The position numbers were made by a program, and so were the translations under genes. The notes under the pieces are model-generated. The model was given only the letters and a program-made list of their open reading frames with translations. It had not been told where the DNA came from and did no database searches. From Chiloscyllium plagiosum (Eukaryota): DNA of 64,000 nt. The first letter of the stretch is position 1. The number at the start of each line of letters is the position of its first letter. This document shows, one piece after another, positions 38,221 to 50,060 of this stretch. Location: the NCBI RefSeq assembly GCF_004010195.1, contig NC_057720.1, forward strand, positions 23,802,135 through 23,866,134, read 5' to 3'.

Positions 38221-41200
38221 GGGTTCAGTGGGTCTCCACTGAAATGATGGCAAGGGATTACACAAACCTTGTGAAATTGGCCAAAACCTTAAACAGAAAT
38301 ATTTAGAACAGCAAAAGTTTGAACTGGTAATGAAATTGGGAATTGCAAAAGTGCACCTTGATCCCTGAGACTATGTGAATCTGTAAAATCCTCACTGCCA
38401 AAGGAAATATGGCAAAAGAAATGGAAAGAGTGGCTGATACTAAATCTAAGAAAAAGCAATGACAGCCTGTTGGTAAGGCATTCACTACTTACAATGATTG
38501 TATCAGGGAAAATATGCCATTTAAATATTTCGTTTATTGGAGAATTTCAAATGCCAAGACTCTGACACTTATTGAAATGAATTTGAACAACATTTCACAT
38601 GGAGCCTTCAGAGGTCAGCAAAATTGATGAATTTAGGTGTAGAATTGTTAAATTCTGTTTTCCTAAAAAAATTATATAATACTTCATGTAATGCAGTGTT
38701 GAAAATGTTCAACCGTGAGTAATTTGGGTTACCTCCCACAATAACAACATCACATTTCCTAATACGTAAACACAAATATAATTGTTCATCCCCCATACCA
38801 CTTACTAAATAAAATATGCATCTAGACAATATAGCCAGGTAGTTAAAAATTGAAAGATATGCAGTTAATCTTTTTCCATCCATTACTATTATAGGGGAGT
38901 TAACCCAGTTTAAATAAACAGATTGAAATCTGTTTTAAGATAGCAGAAGGTGACCATATAATTGTTAAGTATTTGACCCCATTTTATCACTTATTATAAT
39001 TCATATGCCACAAGTTTAATCTGTCATGTAGGCATTTTTCACAGGCCAATTAAGTTATATAATGTCACATGGGTATAAATCAAATCTGGAAACTTGGACA
39101 GATGATTCACCTTTACTCTGAATGTTACTGCTTCCGTAGAAAAGTTGACATTGGCATTTTGGACAACGATGAATAACTGAAAGCTCTACATAGTGCAGAC
39201 ACAAGAACATCATAATAACGGTTTGTTTTCACTTGGGTACTGGAACCAAAGAGTCATTATGGCATGGGAGGAGACTATAGGAGGAGCCTACTGAGGCTAT
39301 ACTGTCCCCCTGTAGAAAAATCCTGTCAGTCCTATGCTCTTGCTCTATCCCAAAGTCCTGCAAGTTTGTTTCCCTCAGATACCCATCCTAGGATGTGTAA
39401 TTGTATTGCTGTTTCCTCTCCCATTTCTACCTTATTCATTGCTGATCTTTACTGACAATAATTTGTTAATATAAAGTCAGCTTGTGTCTCTCGACAGGCA
39501 CATCCTGTTCAACCTCTCTCGAAACTCCTTCAGCTTGATTAGACATTTTACCCAACACACAAACTTGGATGAAATACATTTTCCATCATCTAGGTATCAG
39601 GAAGAATCACAAGATTATCTTCAGGCCCAGCAATCATGCTGCATCCCTGCCATTGAATCCATCCACCAGCTTACCACTGTCCAGAGTAATTCACAATGTT
39701 GGTAGCCTCTGATCCCATATACTATGTCCATCACAAGGACTGACAATTGCAATATCAGCAACCTCCCTCCCTAAACCCATCAGAAATTCTCATCAACTAT
39801 TCCAACAGTCAAATGACTGATGTTTTATCCACCATCCCATATAGACAGCTGCTTAACTTCCACTAAGTCCCTCTCATTAAGCAATACTGAATTTGCTGAA
39901 CAATATTAGCTTCAAATCACCTAGTGCCTCATTTAAAACTCACTTACTCGAGTTTAAGTTCCTTCATGGCATGAGTCCCTTTATTATCTTTATGATCTCT
40001 TTGTGAGCTCCTTCAGCTCCATAGATCCTCACTTACATGAATGTTTTATTACCGACCACTTCCCTTTCATTTGTTCCCCCTTCCTTAGCCCCAAGTGGTC
40101 TCACTTTCAGAAGACTTCGCTCAATACTTTGAAGAGATCTCCCTAATTCCTTCTGCCCCTCCCCTTCCTTCTCCTTTCAGGCCCTCCCTCAAAATCTCAC
40201 TGACAAAATTGAATCTGTGCATCCCTCCTTAATGTTCCCTGCTTTTTGGCTTGGAAGCCATTTGGTTGACAGTGCAACTGTTGAACCAACTTGTACTGGT
40301 TTCTCTCTTAAAAGCTGTTGTGCAAATGAATGTTCTGATAATCATTGCCAGTAAACATCATTGGACACCCAAGGGGGCATAAACGAGCTGAAAGGACTGA
40401 CGGGTGGAGAACAACACTTCTATTATAAATTATGGTTTTAAAAGAAAGAGTAACTTCACCGGAAGCACAGACGGGATCTAAGTTAAGCTCACATTTCATC
40501 AAAAGTTAACCTTAATGGAGAACATAAACATAACTTTATCACGATTAATGTTCCACTACAATTCTCTTTCAATACCTTCTACAGTTTAAGCAATTACATG
40601 GTGAAAGTCTTGCAACAGAATGTGAATGAAGTGCCATCTATTATCCTGCTGCTTTGGCTTCTGGGCTGCGTGGTCTATTCATTTGCTGAGTATTTCTAAG
40701 AAAGGATGGCAGCCAATGGACTTTGAACTGAAAATTCAGTGCTTGCCTTGTTTGTCACAGAAAAGCAAATGTGTGTTCTTTCTTGTTTATCTACACTTCT
40801 TCAGAGCCCTTTAAATGCCATAACACATTAGCTTGGCAAAGCAAACCATGAGGATAGGGTTTTAATTGTAGCATAAATCAATCCTAAACCGCTTGCTATT
40901 TGAGCTTTTCATGTTCTTCTCCATTTTGATTGTTTGAAACGGGAGGATCCTGGCACAGGCACCAGCTCATTTCAAGCAAAAGGAGTTTCTCAGATCATTT
41001 TGCCATCAGCGGTTCATGCCCTTTTTAGACTGGCAAGAAAATTGCAGCCTTTGATCAAGAGTCTGTTAGAATGATACAGTGGTGAGCGAGGCTGCCAGAT
41101 CTGAGGGCACATAAATTGCAGGGCTCTGTACTTCTGCCAGCTGTGTTGTTCTGCAACGATCAATTCTCCCAATAGCCTGCTGCTTTCCACACTAAATGCA

Positions 41201-42196
41201 TGGGGAGCAAAACAAAACATTTAGGCGTCTACTGGGAAAAGGAAGGTTCCAATGCGATCTGTTTTCTAAATATTATAGAGATTAAAGCGCTGAACTGGCG
41301 GCTACCATTTTGCTACTAATAAATTGTCACATATACCGAACCAATCAATTTTTCGGAGGAGAGGATTAATAGTTGCGATATATGCATTTATTGGAAATGG
41401 ATGTTTTATAATATTTTTTAAATATTTCCTCAAATTACAATAAATTCCCAGTACCCACCTAACCGAATAACTTTGACTTATGATTTTTGTAAACTACAGC
41501 TGGTAGGCTCTCAATTCCAAGTCAGTTATGTGGTTTTATGCAGATTTTACTGAACATGAATTGCTTAGCTTTTTAAATAGTAAATAATTTAAGACTGAGA
41601 AATTAGTACAAAAGCAAATAATGCATTCAATTCCAATATGCTATGACTGCTGTACATTTCACTATCACCTTTCAAGCATACAGAATGTGTAAACTCTACT
41701 GAATGTTATGCCTAACACAGGCAATACATTAGCATTTCAAAGTGTCTTCACTTGTGCAAGTTATGCATCTTCAGTGCAAATAATGTAAGAAGACTTGAAA
41801 TTACCTCATATTTATCATGATGAAGCATAGGCCAGGAATTTCCTTGGAACTGCTCTCCCTCTACATCTTTGTTTTGTTTGTAAGTACAACCTTTTGTCTG
41901 TTTACACACGTTGATAGGATTTCCACTGCACTTCTGCTCAAATTAGTTGTCACTCATAAGAAGATCCGAAGAAACTCCTACTTTATGAAAACTACAGCAT
42001 AGAATTCATTTTTTCTGAACTGCTGTGTTTGGTTACAGAGATAAATAGAACAGCCATCCTACGACCACATGAGCCAACTGAATGGTGGTGTTGGTTGAGG
42101 CATTAAGGACTTTGAGGAAAATCTCAGGTCTTTTTTAAATAAAACTATTACAATAAGCAACCAATAACTTGACTTAACATCTCATGAAAAATGCGA

Positions 42197-42382
42197 GAAG
42201 TCAAGTAATAGTCCAACAGGTTTATTTGAAATCACAAGCTTTCAGGGTTGATGAAGGAGCAGCGATCCAAAGGTTTGTGATTTCAGATAGGTTGTTGGAC
42301 CATAACCTGGTGTCATGTGACTTCTGACTTTGTCGCCCCCCCGCACCCCCCCCCCACCGTCAAACACCAGCACCTCCACATT
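42197..42382. mobile_element. Palindromic PLE micro-element (family C)
   Basis: gtccaacaggtttatttgaaatcacaagctttc / ttgatgaaggagcagcgatccaaagg.. / gttggaccataacctggtg; flanked by atgaaaaa direct repeats (42184, 42383). Confidence 0.8.
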
Positions 42383-42939
42383 ATGAAAAACGTGATAATT
42401 GTGAATTCATCACAACACTCTCTTTGTTGCTATGTTATATGTGCTGCAATGTTATGTGTTGGAGATCTGATGGCACAGTGGTGGTATATGTAATTCTGGG
42501 CCAGGAGCTCCAGGTTCAAAGCCTATTGCACAGCTTGTTGGTCATGGAAGGTGCCTTCATAACATTACCAAGTAGGTTGCCTATCAGCAGGTAAATCCCT
42601 GATGGCAGGAGGCAAGAATGGGGTGTCTCCTGGTCAGTCATTCAGTAATACATTTACTTGTGAAGATATATTTTCACAAGTTATTTTTGTCACGGCGTAA
42701 AAAAAGTTAGAAGAACAGATTGTGTGTGGTGTATGCACAATAAAGTATGGTATATGTTGTATTCAATAGGGTGCGTGTGTGTGCAGGATGCTGCATTTGG
42801 TACAGTCAGAATGCAATGGGTAGAATATATAGGCTTCACACAAAATGAGGTAGCCTTGTAAAAACAGTAGAAGCATGTGATCATCCACCTCACAGTTAGC
42901 AATCAATCTCAGAGTCCCTGAATTAAGAGAGGGAGCGAA

Positions 42940-43122
42940 TAGCAATTGATAAGGTTCAACAGGAATTTTTATTTACTCACTCTCGGCTCTGGAGTTCTGA
43001 GATTGATTGCCGTAGCTGTGTTGCTGACTGAGCTGAAATCAGCTAATTCTGTGGGAGCCAAGAACGAACTTCAGGCCTTTTTGGTCTGACTCAGCTACTC
43101 ACAGGAAACACAGAACTGAGCG
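42940..43122 (-). mobile_element. LF-SINE-like ancient SINE 5' part
   Basis: Reverse complement gctcag...gctgagtcagaccaaaaaggcctgaagttcg...aattagctgatttcagc resembles the recalled LF-SINE head (ctgagcc..agaccaggaaggtcccaggttc...gagttagctgatctcagc). Confidence 0.55.
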
Positions 43123-43667
43123 GGGGTGAGCAGGGGGGAGGGGGTGGAAGGCTTCAACAAGACATTTCTCACTGTGAAGATGCCTTTCTGTGAAGGTAAT
43201 GAATTCTAAAGAGCTGGAAGCAGTTAACAAAAACATGTCAAGCCTTCGCTGATTTTCTTACTTAATTGTTACAATCTAAAATATCTGCAGAGGACTCTGT
43301 GTTTCTTTCCTAAACTCTCTGTAATAATGAATTGATGATTAGCTACAATTGAGTGAAGAAATTACCATGGCAGCAATTTTCAGACCACCAGCCACTTTGA
43401 CCACTTGTGTGCTTCACGCTTATCTCCAACGCAAAAGCACCATTTATTTCAAGGTGCAGCACTTGAACTTGCCGAAAATAGCATAATGATCTTTAACAAC
43501 TAATTAAGTCATGCTTAATGCCTCTGTGAACTGCAAGCTGGGAAATGTGGCTGATGTCTCTGTCAGTGACAGCCAGGAGGAACTGGCATAAAGCTTCGAG
43601 GCTGCAAAAGTTTTAAGGATCACTGCACAAACAAGGAGCCTGAAGCCCAATCAGCAAACCTAGCCAT

Positions 43668-43790
43668 CAAATATAGGGATGAGAATGGAATAGTGTAGGA
43701 TAGATATGCTTCAGATTAGTTGCACAGGTCGGCACAACATCGAAGGCCGAAGGGCCTGTACTGCGCTGTAATGTTCTATATTCTATGTTC
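43668..43790 (+). mobile_element. Short CR1 3' tail
   Basis: ggtcggcacaacatcgaaggccgaagggcctgtactgcgctgtaatgttctatattctatgttc. Confidence 0.8.
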
Positions 43791-44386
43791 AAACAAGAAA
43801 GACAAGTTTCAGTGATCAGCTCTCCCCCAGTTTGTTGGACAGTGACAATATAGTGGGTGGCACCTTGAAACATCAGGCATATAAACATACATATGTGTAA
43901 GACAATTTTAGTCCATCTAGCAGATCAAAGCATTCAAAGAAGAGTTCAGAGCTTTAAAAATATTTAAAAATATTTAAAGATTCTGCCTTTTCAGAAAGGG
44001 AACTCTGAAGATTCACAACTTTCTGACAGAAAAAATGTTTCCTTATCTCTGTTAAATGGTTACCTCTCCATTTTTAAACTATGATTCCTGGTTCTAGATT
44101 CTTCCATGAGAAGAAGCATGTTTTCAACATACATCTGGTCAAGTCCCCACAGGATGTTATATGTTTCAATTAAGTCATCTCTGATTCCTCTAAAAGGATA
44201 CAGTCCTAGCCTGTCTCACCTTTCTTCATAAGGCAATTCTTTCAGTCTGGATATTAATGTAGTAAACCTTCTCTGGAATGCTTCCAATGTATTAACATCT
44301 TTCAGTCAGTACAGTTGCAAATATTGTACATAGTACTCCAGCTGTGATCTCACCAATGCCCTATATAATTGAAGCATAACCTTCCT

Positions 44387-44520
44387 GAAAAAAAAACAAA
44401 AGAACTGCAGATGTTGCAAATCAGAAACAAAAGCAAATTGCTGGAAACGCTCAGCAGGTCTGGCAGCATCTGTGGAGAGAAATCAGAGTTAACATTTCAG
44501 GTCCAGTGACCCTTCCTTAG
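44387..44520 (-). mobile_element. PLE terminal micro-element (family B) with 9-bp TSD
   Basis: TSD aaccttcct at 44378-44386 and 44521-44529; reverse complement begins (gtt)ctaaggaagggtcactggacctgaaatgttaac. Confidence 0.9.
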
Positions 44521-45011
44521 AACCTTCCTACTCTTGCATTCAATTCCACTCACAATAAAACATAACACAATTAGTTTTCCTGATTATTGGGCGTACCTGC
44601 ATGCTAACCTTCTGTGATTCATGCACTAGTACACCCAGATCTCTCTGCATGTAAGAGCTCTGTAACCTCTCACCATTCAGATAATGTGCTTTTGTTTATA
44701 CTTTCTGCCAAAATAGATAATTCCACACTTTTCCACATGTACTCCATTTTCCGAACTTTGTCCTTTCACTTAATTTTTCTCTATCATTTAGTAGGACCCT
44801 TATGTTGACTTCACAAATCACTTCTCTTCCTATCTGAAGCTCATCTGCAAATGTAGCTTTTATATCTTCAATCCCTTCATCCAAATCATTTATACAAATT
44901 GCAAAGATTTGAGGCCACAACATCGATCACTCATGGCATCGTGCCAACCTGAAAAAGTCCTATTTATTCCTATTCTATGCTTTCTGATTGTCAGCCAATC
45001 TTCTATCCATG

Positions 45012-45145
45012 ATTCCTGATGAAGGGCTTTTGCCTGAAACATCAATTTTCCTGTTCCTTGGATGCTGCCTGACTGTTGTGCTATTCCAGCACCACTCTAA
45101 TCTAGACTCTGATCTCCAGCATCTACAGTCCTCACTTTCGCCTAG
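45012..45145 (+). mobile_element. PLE terminal micro-element (family A) with 13-bp TSD, starting at the hammerhead
   Basis: TSD tcttctatccatg at 44999-45011 and 45146-45158; starts attcCTGATGAagggcttttgcctGAAAcatc. Confidence 0.92.
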
Positions 45146-46156
45146 TCTTCTATCCATGCCAATATGTTGCTGCCTACACCATCAGCTATTATTTTTCTCG
45201 ATAATATTTAATGTTGTATCTTATTAAATTCCTTCTGGAAATATAAATAAAATCCATCCACTGGTTCACCTTTATTTATAGTACAAATTGCTTCTTCAAA
45301 GAACTCCAATAAATTAGTTAAACAAGATTTCCCTTTAATAAAACCATGTTGGCTCAGACTGATTACTTTGAACTTATCAAGGTGCCCTATTATAACATCT
45401 TTAATAATAGCTTCTGACATTTTCCCTATGCCAGATATTAAGCTAACTGGCCTGAAGGTTCCTGATTTCTGCCTCCCTTCCTTTTTGAATAGAGGAATTA
45501 CATTAGCTATTTCCAAATTAAAGAAATCTTCCCTAAATCTAATGTGTTTTGGAAAATTAAAGCCAATGCAATCAATTATTTCACTGGCTACTTTTGGACC
45601 TAGAAATTTGTCAATGTGCAGTTCCAACAATTTGCTCAGTATTATTTTCTTGGTAATTGTAATTTTCTTGAATTCCTCTTTCCCTATCAATTCCCTCATT
45701 TATAGCTACTTCTAGGATGCTACCTGTATCCTCTCTCATGAAGAATAATACAAAATATTTGTTCAATTCATTCACACCTAGAGAAACAAAAGTAGCTAAG
45801 GAATTATCCATGCATGATACTCGCGAGAAATGATTTTGCTGGAAGGAAGATTACACCTTTGTTCATAATCTCAGAACATCCAAAGGATGTTAAAGAGACA
45901 TCTTTAAAGGACAGTTATAAAAACAAGTTCCAGGCATTTTCCAGCCTTGATGGTGACCAGAGCACAGAGATAAGCAGCTGTTACAGCATCCAAGACCTTC
46001 TTTAAGGATGAGGATAATTCAGAGGAAGAAGTTGACATTAACTGAGGCTCAGAAAGCAGATACTGGGGTAAACCAGTCAGTGGTGCTACTGGACTGTGTT
46101 TCCATGATTTTGTCCTATTTCCACCCTTTATATCCATGTCTTGACAGTATTACATG

Positions 46157-46232
46157 TCTGAAGAAAGTTCACTGGGACCAAAACATTAATTCTCCACAAA
46201 TGCTGCCAGGCTTGCTGAATTTTCCACCACAG
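46157..46232 (+). mobile_element. PLE terminal micro-element fragment
   Basis: tctgaagaaagttcactgggaccaaaacattaattctccacaaatgctgccagg. Confidence 0.65.
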
Positions 46233-46505
46233 CAATAAACTGTCCATGAAGAATAAAATATACTCTTGTCATTATTAGTGTCTATGAGTACTGGACTTTA
46301 TACAATAAAACACATAAGAAAGTTTAAACAATTTCACATGCATGTTCTTCACTCTATCCTCAACATCCATTGGTAAGGCTGCATTTTATATCTCGAAATC
46401 TTAGACTCAGCCCTGTCAATATGTATTGAGGCAGAGCTCCTAAAAATACAACACTGCTGAATAATGCAAGTAATCAGAATGGAGGTACAGTGTATCCTGA
46501 AACAA

Positions 46506-46849
46506 TTAGATTAGATTCCCTACAGTATGGAAACAGGCCCTGCAACCCAACAAGTCCCCACCAGCCCTCCGAAGAGTAAACATCCAGACCCATTCCCTTA
46601 CATTTACCCATGACTAATGTACCTAACACTATGGACAATTCAGCATGGCCAATTCACCTGACCTGCACATCTTTGGATTGTGGGAGGAAACTGGAGCACC
46701 TGGAGGAAACCCATGCAGACACGGGGCGAACATGCAATCTCCACACAGTCACCCAAGATGGGAATCAAACCTGGGTCCCTGGTGCTGTGAGGCAGCAGTG
46801 CTAACCACTGAGCCACCATGCCACCCAAACTGAGCCATCGCGCCACCCG
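46506..46849 (-). mobile_element. HE1-type V-SINE
   Basis: ttagattagattcc tail, V-domain, and head with a short duplicated 5' end. Confidence 0.95.
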
Positions 46850-47007
46850 TATACTTTATGGAAAGTTAGCATCTAGCAAAAGAAATCCAAGTCAGCCACA
46901 CAAATGACACAAAGAAATTCTTCAAGGAAGGGGTACTGTTAACATTAGTCTAAAAAAAAATTCACTCGAGTAGCCCTGACCTATGTAGCCTTTGTCACTG
47001 TTGAAAA

Positions 47008-47520
47008 CATGATGTGGAGGTACCAGTGTTGGACTGTGGTGGACTAAGTTAAAACATTTTATTTTTAAAAAGTCACATCTTAGCTCAGACAATGCATTAA
47101 AGGTGTGAGGGTAGAGTCTGCCTGTATTCCAATCTTGAGTCAGACTGGTTCTATTTCCAAAGTAGGTATTTATAAAATGTTACATGGATTGACTGCCTGC
47201 ATTGACTGCCTGCAGATTGCATGCTTTTTTGCCTGAGCTGAGATGTCACCTTTTTTTACAAAACCTTAAGTTATCTCGAGAATATGACTTAAAAGAAGTT
47301 CTGGGATTTACATAATAATGAACCAGAAACCTGCAATCCATTAAAAAAGGTGAAAGACTTAACAGCAATCTAGGTATGTTCAATAGCATGACATTATGAT
47401 CTTGTGCTATAAATTCTGTGTCTTATGATCCTGTTTCACAGCTACCAATGAAGGAGCAGCACTCTGAAAGCTAGTACTTCCAAATAAACCCACTGGACTA
47501 TAACCTGGTGTTTGTGTGAT
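47008..47520. mobile_element. PLE family C 3' region with inverted terminal segment
   Basis: atgtggaggtaccagtgttggact (inverted tail) ... atgaaggagcagcactctgaaagctagtac (hammerhead) ...ggactataacctggtg. Confidence 0.75.
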
Positions 47521-47859
47521 CAACAACAATGCCCCAATGCTGTCTCTGAATGACATCATGGAGAAGCATCTGTCCACCATCTGAGTTCCAATGATGAACT
47601 GTTTCCAACTCTACGTCAACATGTGGTATAACCATCTCTGTGTTCCACATCAAAAAGTCTTCATGGCCACCTTCTTCCATCTCAAAAGACAAGGACAAAT
47701 GGCAGTGCAAAGCCAATGTGAATTACAATGGGACAAGTGAACAAACAAAATACATGCTTAGAGAAAGTGTGAACAGCAGAATAATGAGTAGCTGTGATCC
47801 AAAAGTACAACAAAGGAAAAACAAGAGTAAATTCCAAACATGCAAAGAGAATATGGTCT

Positions 47860-48080
47860 GAAATAGTTGACCCAATAATGAATCCAGAGGCCTCTATGGT
47901 ATATTATGCAAAGATGAGGTGCTGTTTTTCGGGTTAATGTTCAACCTCACTGGAATACTGCAAGGAGTCAGAGGCCTGGAGGTTAGTATGTGAAAAAGAT
48001 AAAGGATTAAAGACAGTGATCTGGAGTTTCAGGTTGATGCCTGCAGACTGAGATGTTCCACAAACTGATCACCCACTTTT
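47860..48080 (-). mobile_element. PLE GIY-YIG coding relic, degenerate
   Basis: Reverse complement tgggtgatcagtttgtggaacatctc (GD.F.EHL) and aacagcacctcatcttt (QHLIF). Confidence 0.6.
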
Positions 48081-48623
48081 TGATTCATTGTTATTAGCTC
48101 TGAAGATCTAACCAATCCATTAAACAATGCAGTAGGCCTAACTGATCTTCAAGACCTAACAGACACACTGATTAGTCCAATAATAGACATATAAAGAGCA
48201 GAAACAGCATGTACAATACAACAGAATGAATTTTTGCCCCTTTAGAATTGGATGCAATAAATCAACAGAATGAAAAATAGCAAGTTGAAAAAGAAAATTA
48301 AATGTGATTCCATACTCATTAATGAAATACATGCTTTTGACTATTATGAACTTCCATCTTGAAATAGGAAGAAAATAACTTATCCTTCTATTCAATGGAA
48401 ATTTAAGTTTCTTGTAAATAAAAATGACCTGCAAAGAAATATCAGAACTTCAGACATAAAATTTTATCACATTCCTAATTTAAAGTAAAACGTAATGTTT
48501 GTGTTAAGAAACTATTTTCTTTATGGTTATGTGATCCTGAAATCAATACGTACACTAGCAAATGTGGTCTGATTGTTCTCTAAATAGATGACATTTACAA
48601 ACTATGAAATTAGATGTAACTTA

Positions 48624-48763
48624 TGATTTGGAGATGCTGGTGTTGGACTGGAGTGTACAAAGTTAAAAATCACACAACCACCTGGTGAAGGAGCGGCACT
48701 CTGAAAGCTAGTGCTTCCAATTAAACCTGTTGGACTATAACCTGGTGTTGTGTGATTTTTAAC
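48624..48763. mobile_element. Palindromic PLE micro-element (family C) with 12-bp TSD and hammerhead
   Basis: TSD agatgtaactta at 48612-48623 and 48764-48775; cac-CTGGTGA-aggagcggcactct-GAAA-gcta-gtg. Confidence 0.9.
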
Positions 48764-49144
48764 AGATGTAACTTAGGGCACAGTTCGTATTACCTCTAAG
48801 ATCTCAGTTGAATTTAGGTATGATAGATGAATAGTCTCTCCTCACCAACATTTATTAATACTTCTGACTAAAAGACATTAGACAATCTCAATCTATTTCC
48901 CAGAGGATTGTGTCTTCACTACATGTGGCTGTTGCCTTCAGGATTGATTGGATTTCTGGGTAATCATAATTGGCAAGATCTTACAGATCAATAATCTTTG
49001 GAATGATGAACTCACAACATGTTATTCATCTGTAATTGGCCTACAGTTTAGTGTCTGGATAATGTGAGAAAAGTTACACTTGAGAGTTTTCCACCACTTG
49101 GTGTGTGTCATTCTGACATTAAATGAATATTAATGGTATCAACT

Positions 49145-49330
49145 GCAGCTCAGTAGTAGACCCATTACTGTACTTGCGTCAGAATGATAGTGGTTCAAGT
49201 CTAATACTGAAACCTGAACACAACACTCCAGGGCAGTACAATTGGCAATGCTATGCTTAAGGACAAATATTAACAGATTATTTAAAAGACACTGCAGTCC
49301 ACCTCAAACATCATTTTATTAACTATGGCA
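49145..49330 (+). mobile_element. SacSINE1-like 5' fragment
   Basis: gctcagtagtag...gtcagaa...ggttcaagtc...acactccagggcagtac. Confidence 0.55.
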
Positions 49331-49334
49331 GCAA

Positions 49335-50060
49335 GAAACTCTGACAAAATCAAGTCTATGGGAATCTGGGGAGAAGCTCTCCTTGGACTGAAGTCACATT
49401 TCATACGAAGGAAAACCCTTGGAGATTTTTGAGACCTTTCATCTCAACCCCAGTTGCAGGAGTTCCTCAGGGCAGAGTCCTAGTCTCAGTCATCTTCAGC
49501 TAATTCAGCAATTACCTACATTGCAACATAAGGTCAGTGGGCGGCACAGTGGCACGCACTGCTGCCTCACAGCACCAGAGACCCGGGTTCAGTTCTTGCC
49601 TCAGGCAACTGTCTGTGTGGAGTTTGCACATTCTCCCCGTGTCTGCGTGGGTTTCCTCCGGGTGCTCTGGTTTCCTCCCACAGTCCAAAAATGTGCAGAT
49701 TAAGTGAATTGGCCATGCTAAGTTGCCCGTGGTGTTAGGTGAAGGGGTAAATGTAGGGGAATGGGTCTGGGTGGGTTGCTCTTCGGAGGGTCGGTGTGGA
49801 CTTGTTAGGTTGAAGGGCCCGTTTCCACACTGTAAGTAATCTAATCTAAAAACAGAAAGTTTGCAGAGTGTCCAATTCCACTTGCACTCTTCAGATCAGA
49901 AACAGTCCACCTTTGTATTCAGCAAAAGCTGAAAAACTTCAAACTTGTGCTGATATATGGCAAGGAAGGATGTGCCAGGTACTAGCCATGTTCACCAAGA
50001 GAGAATCTAAGCTCTGACCCTTTGATATTCAATGGTACCACAATTACTGAATTACCCCAA
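49335..50060 (+). mobile_element. LINE family B RT fragment interrupted by HE1
   Basis: tgcaggagttcctcagggcagagtcctag (GVPQG) ...gtgccaggtac. Confidence 0.75.
49538..49849 (+). mobile_element. HE1-type V-SINE
   Basis: Head, V-domain and aatctaatct tail. Confidence 0.95.

Larger units (their letters stand above)
43930..45775 (-). mobile_element. CR1 LINE, degenerate, with two PLE insertions
   Basis: ORF 45208-45699 reads ANVIPLFKK..RPVSL..QHGFIKGKSCLTNLLEFFE; INDLDEG..FADE. Confidence 0.9.

Noticed and set aside
39500..40230. Possible L2-like relic
   Set aside because: Only a compositional resemblance; no motif I can firmly support
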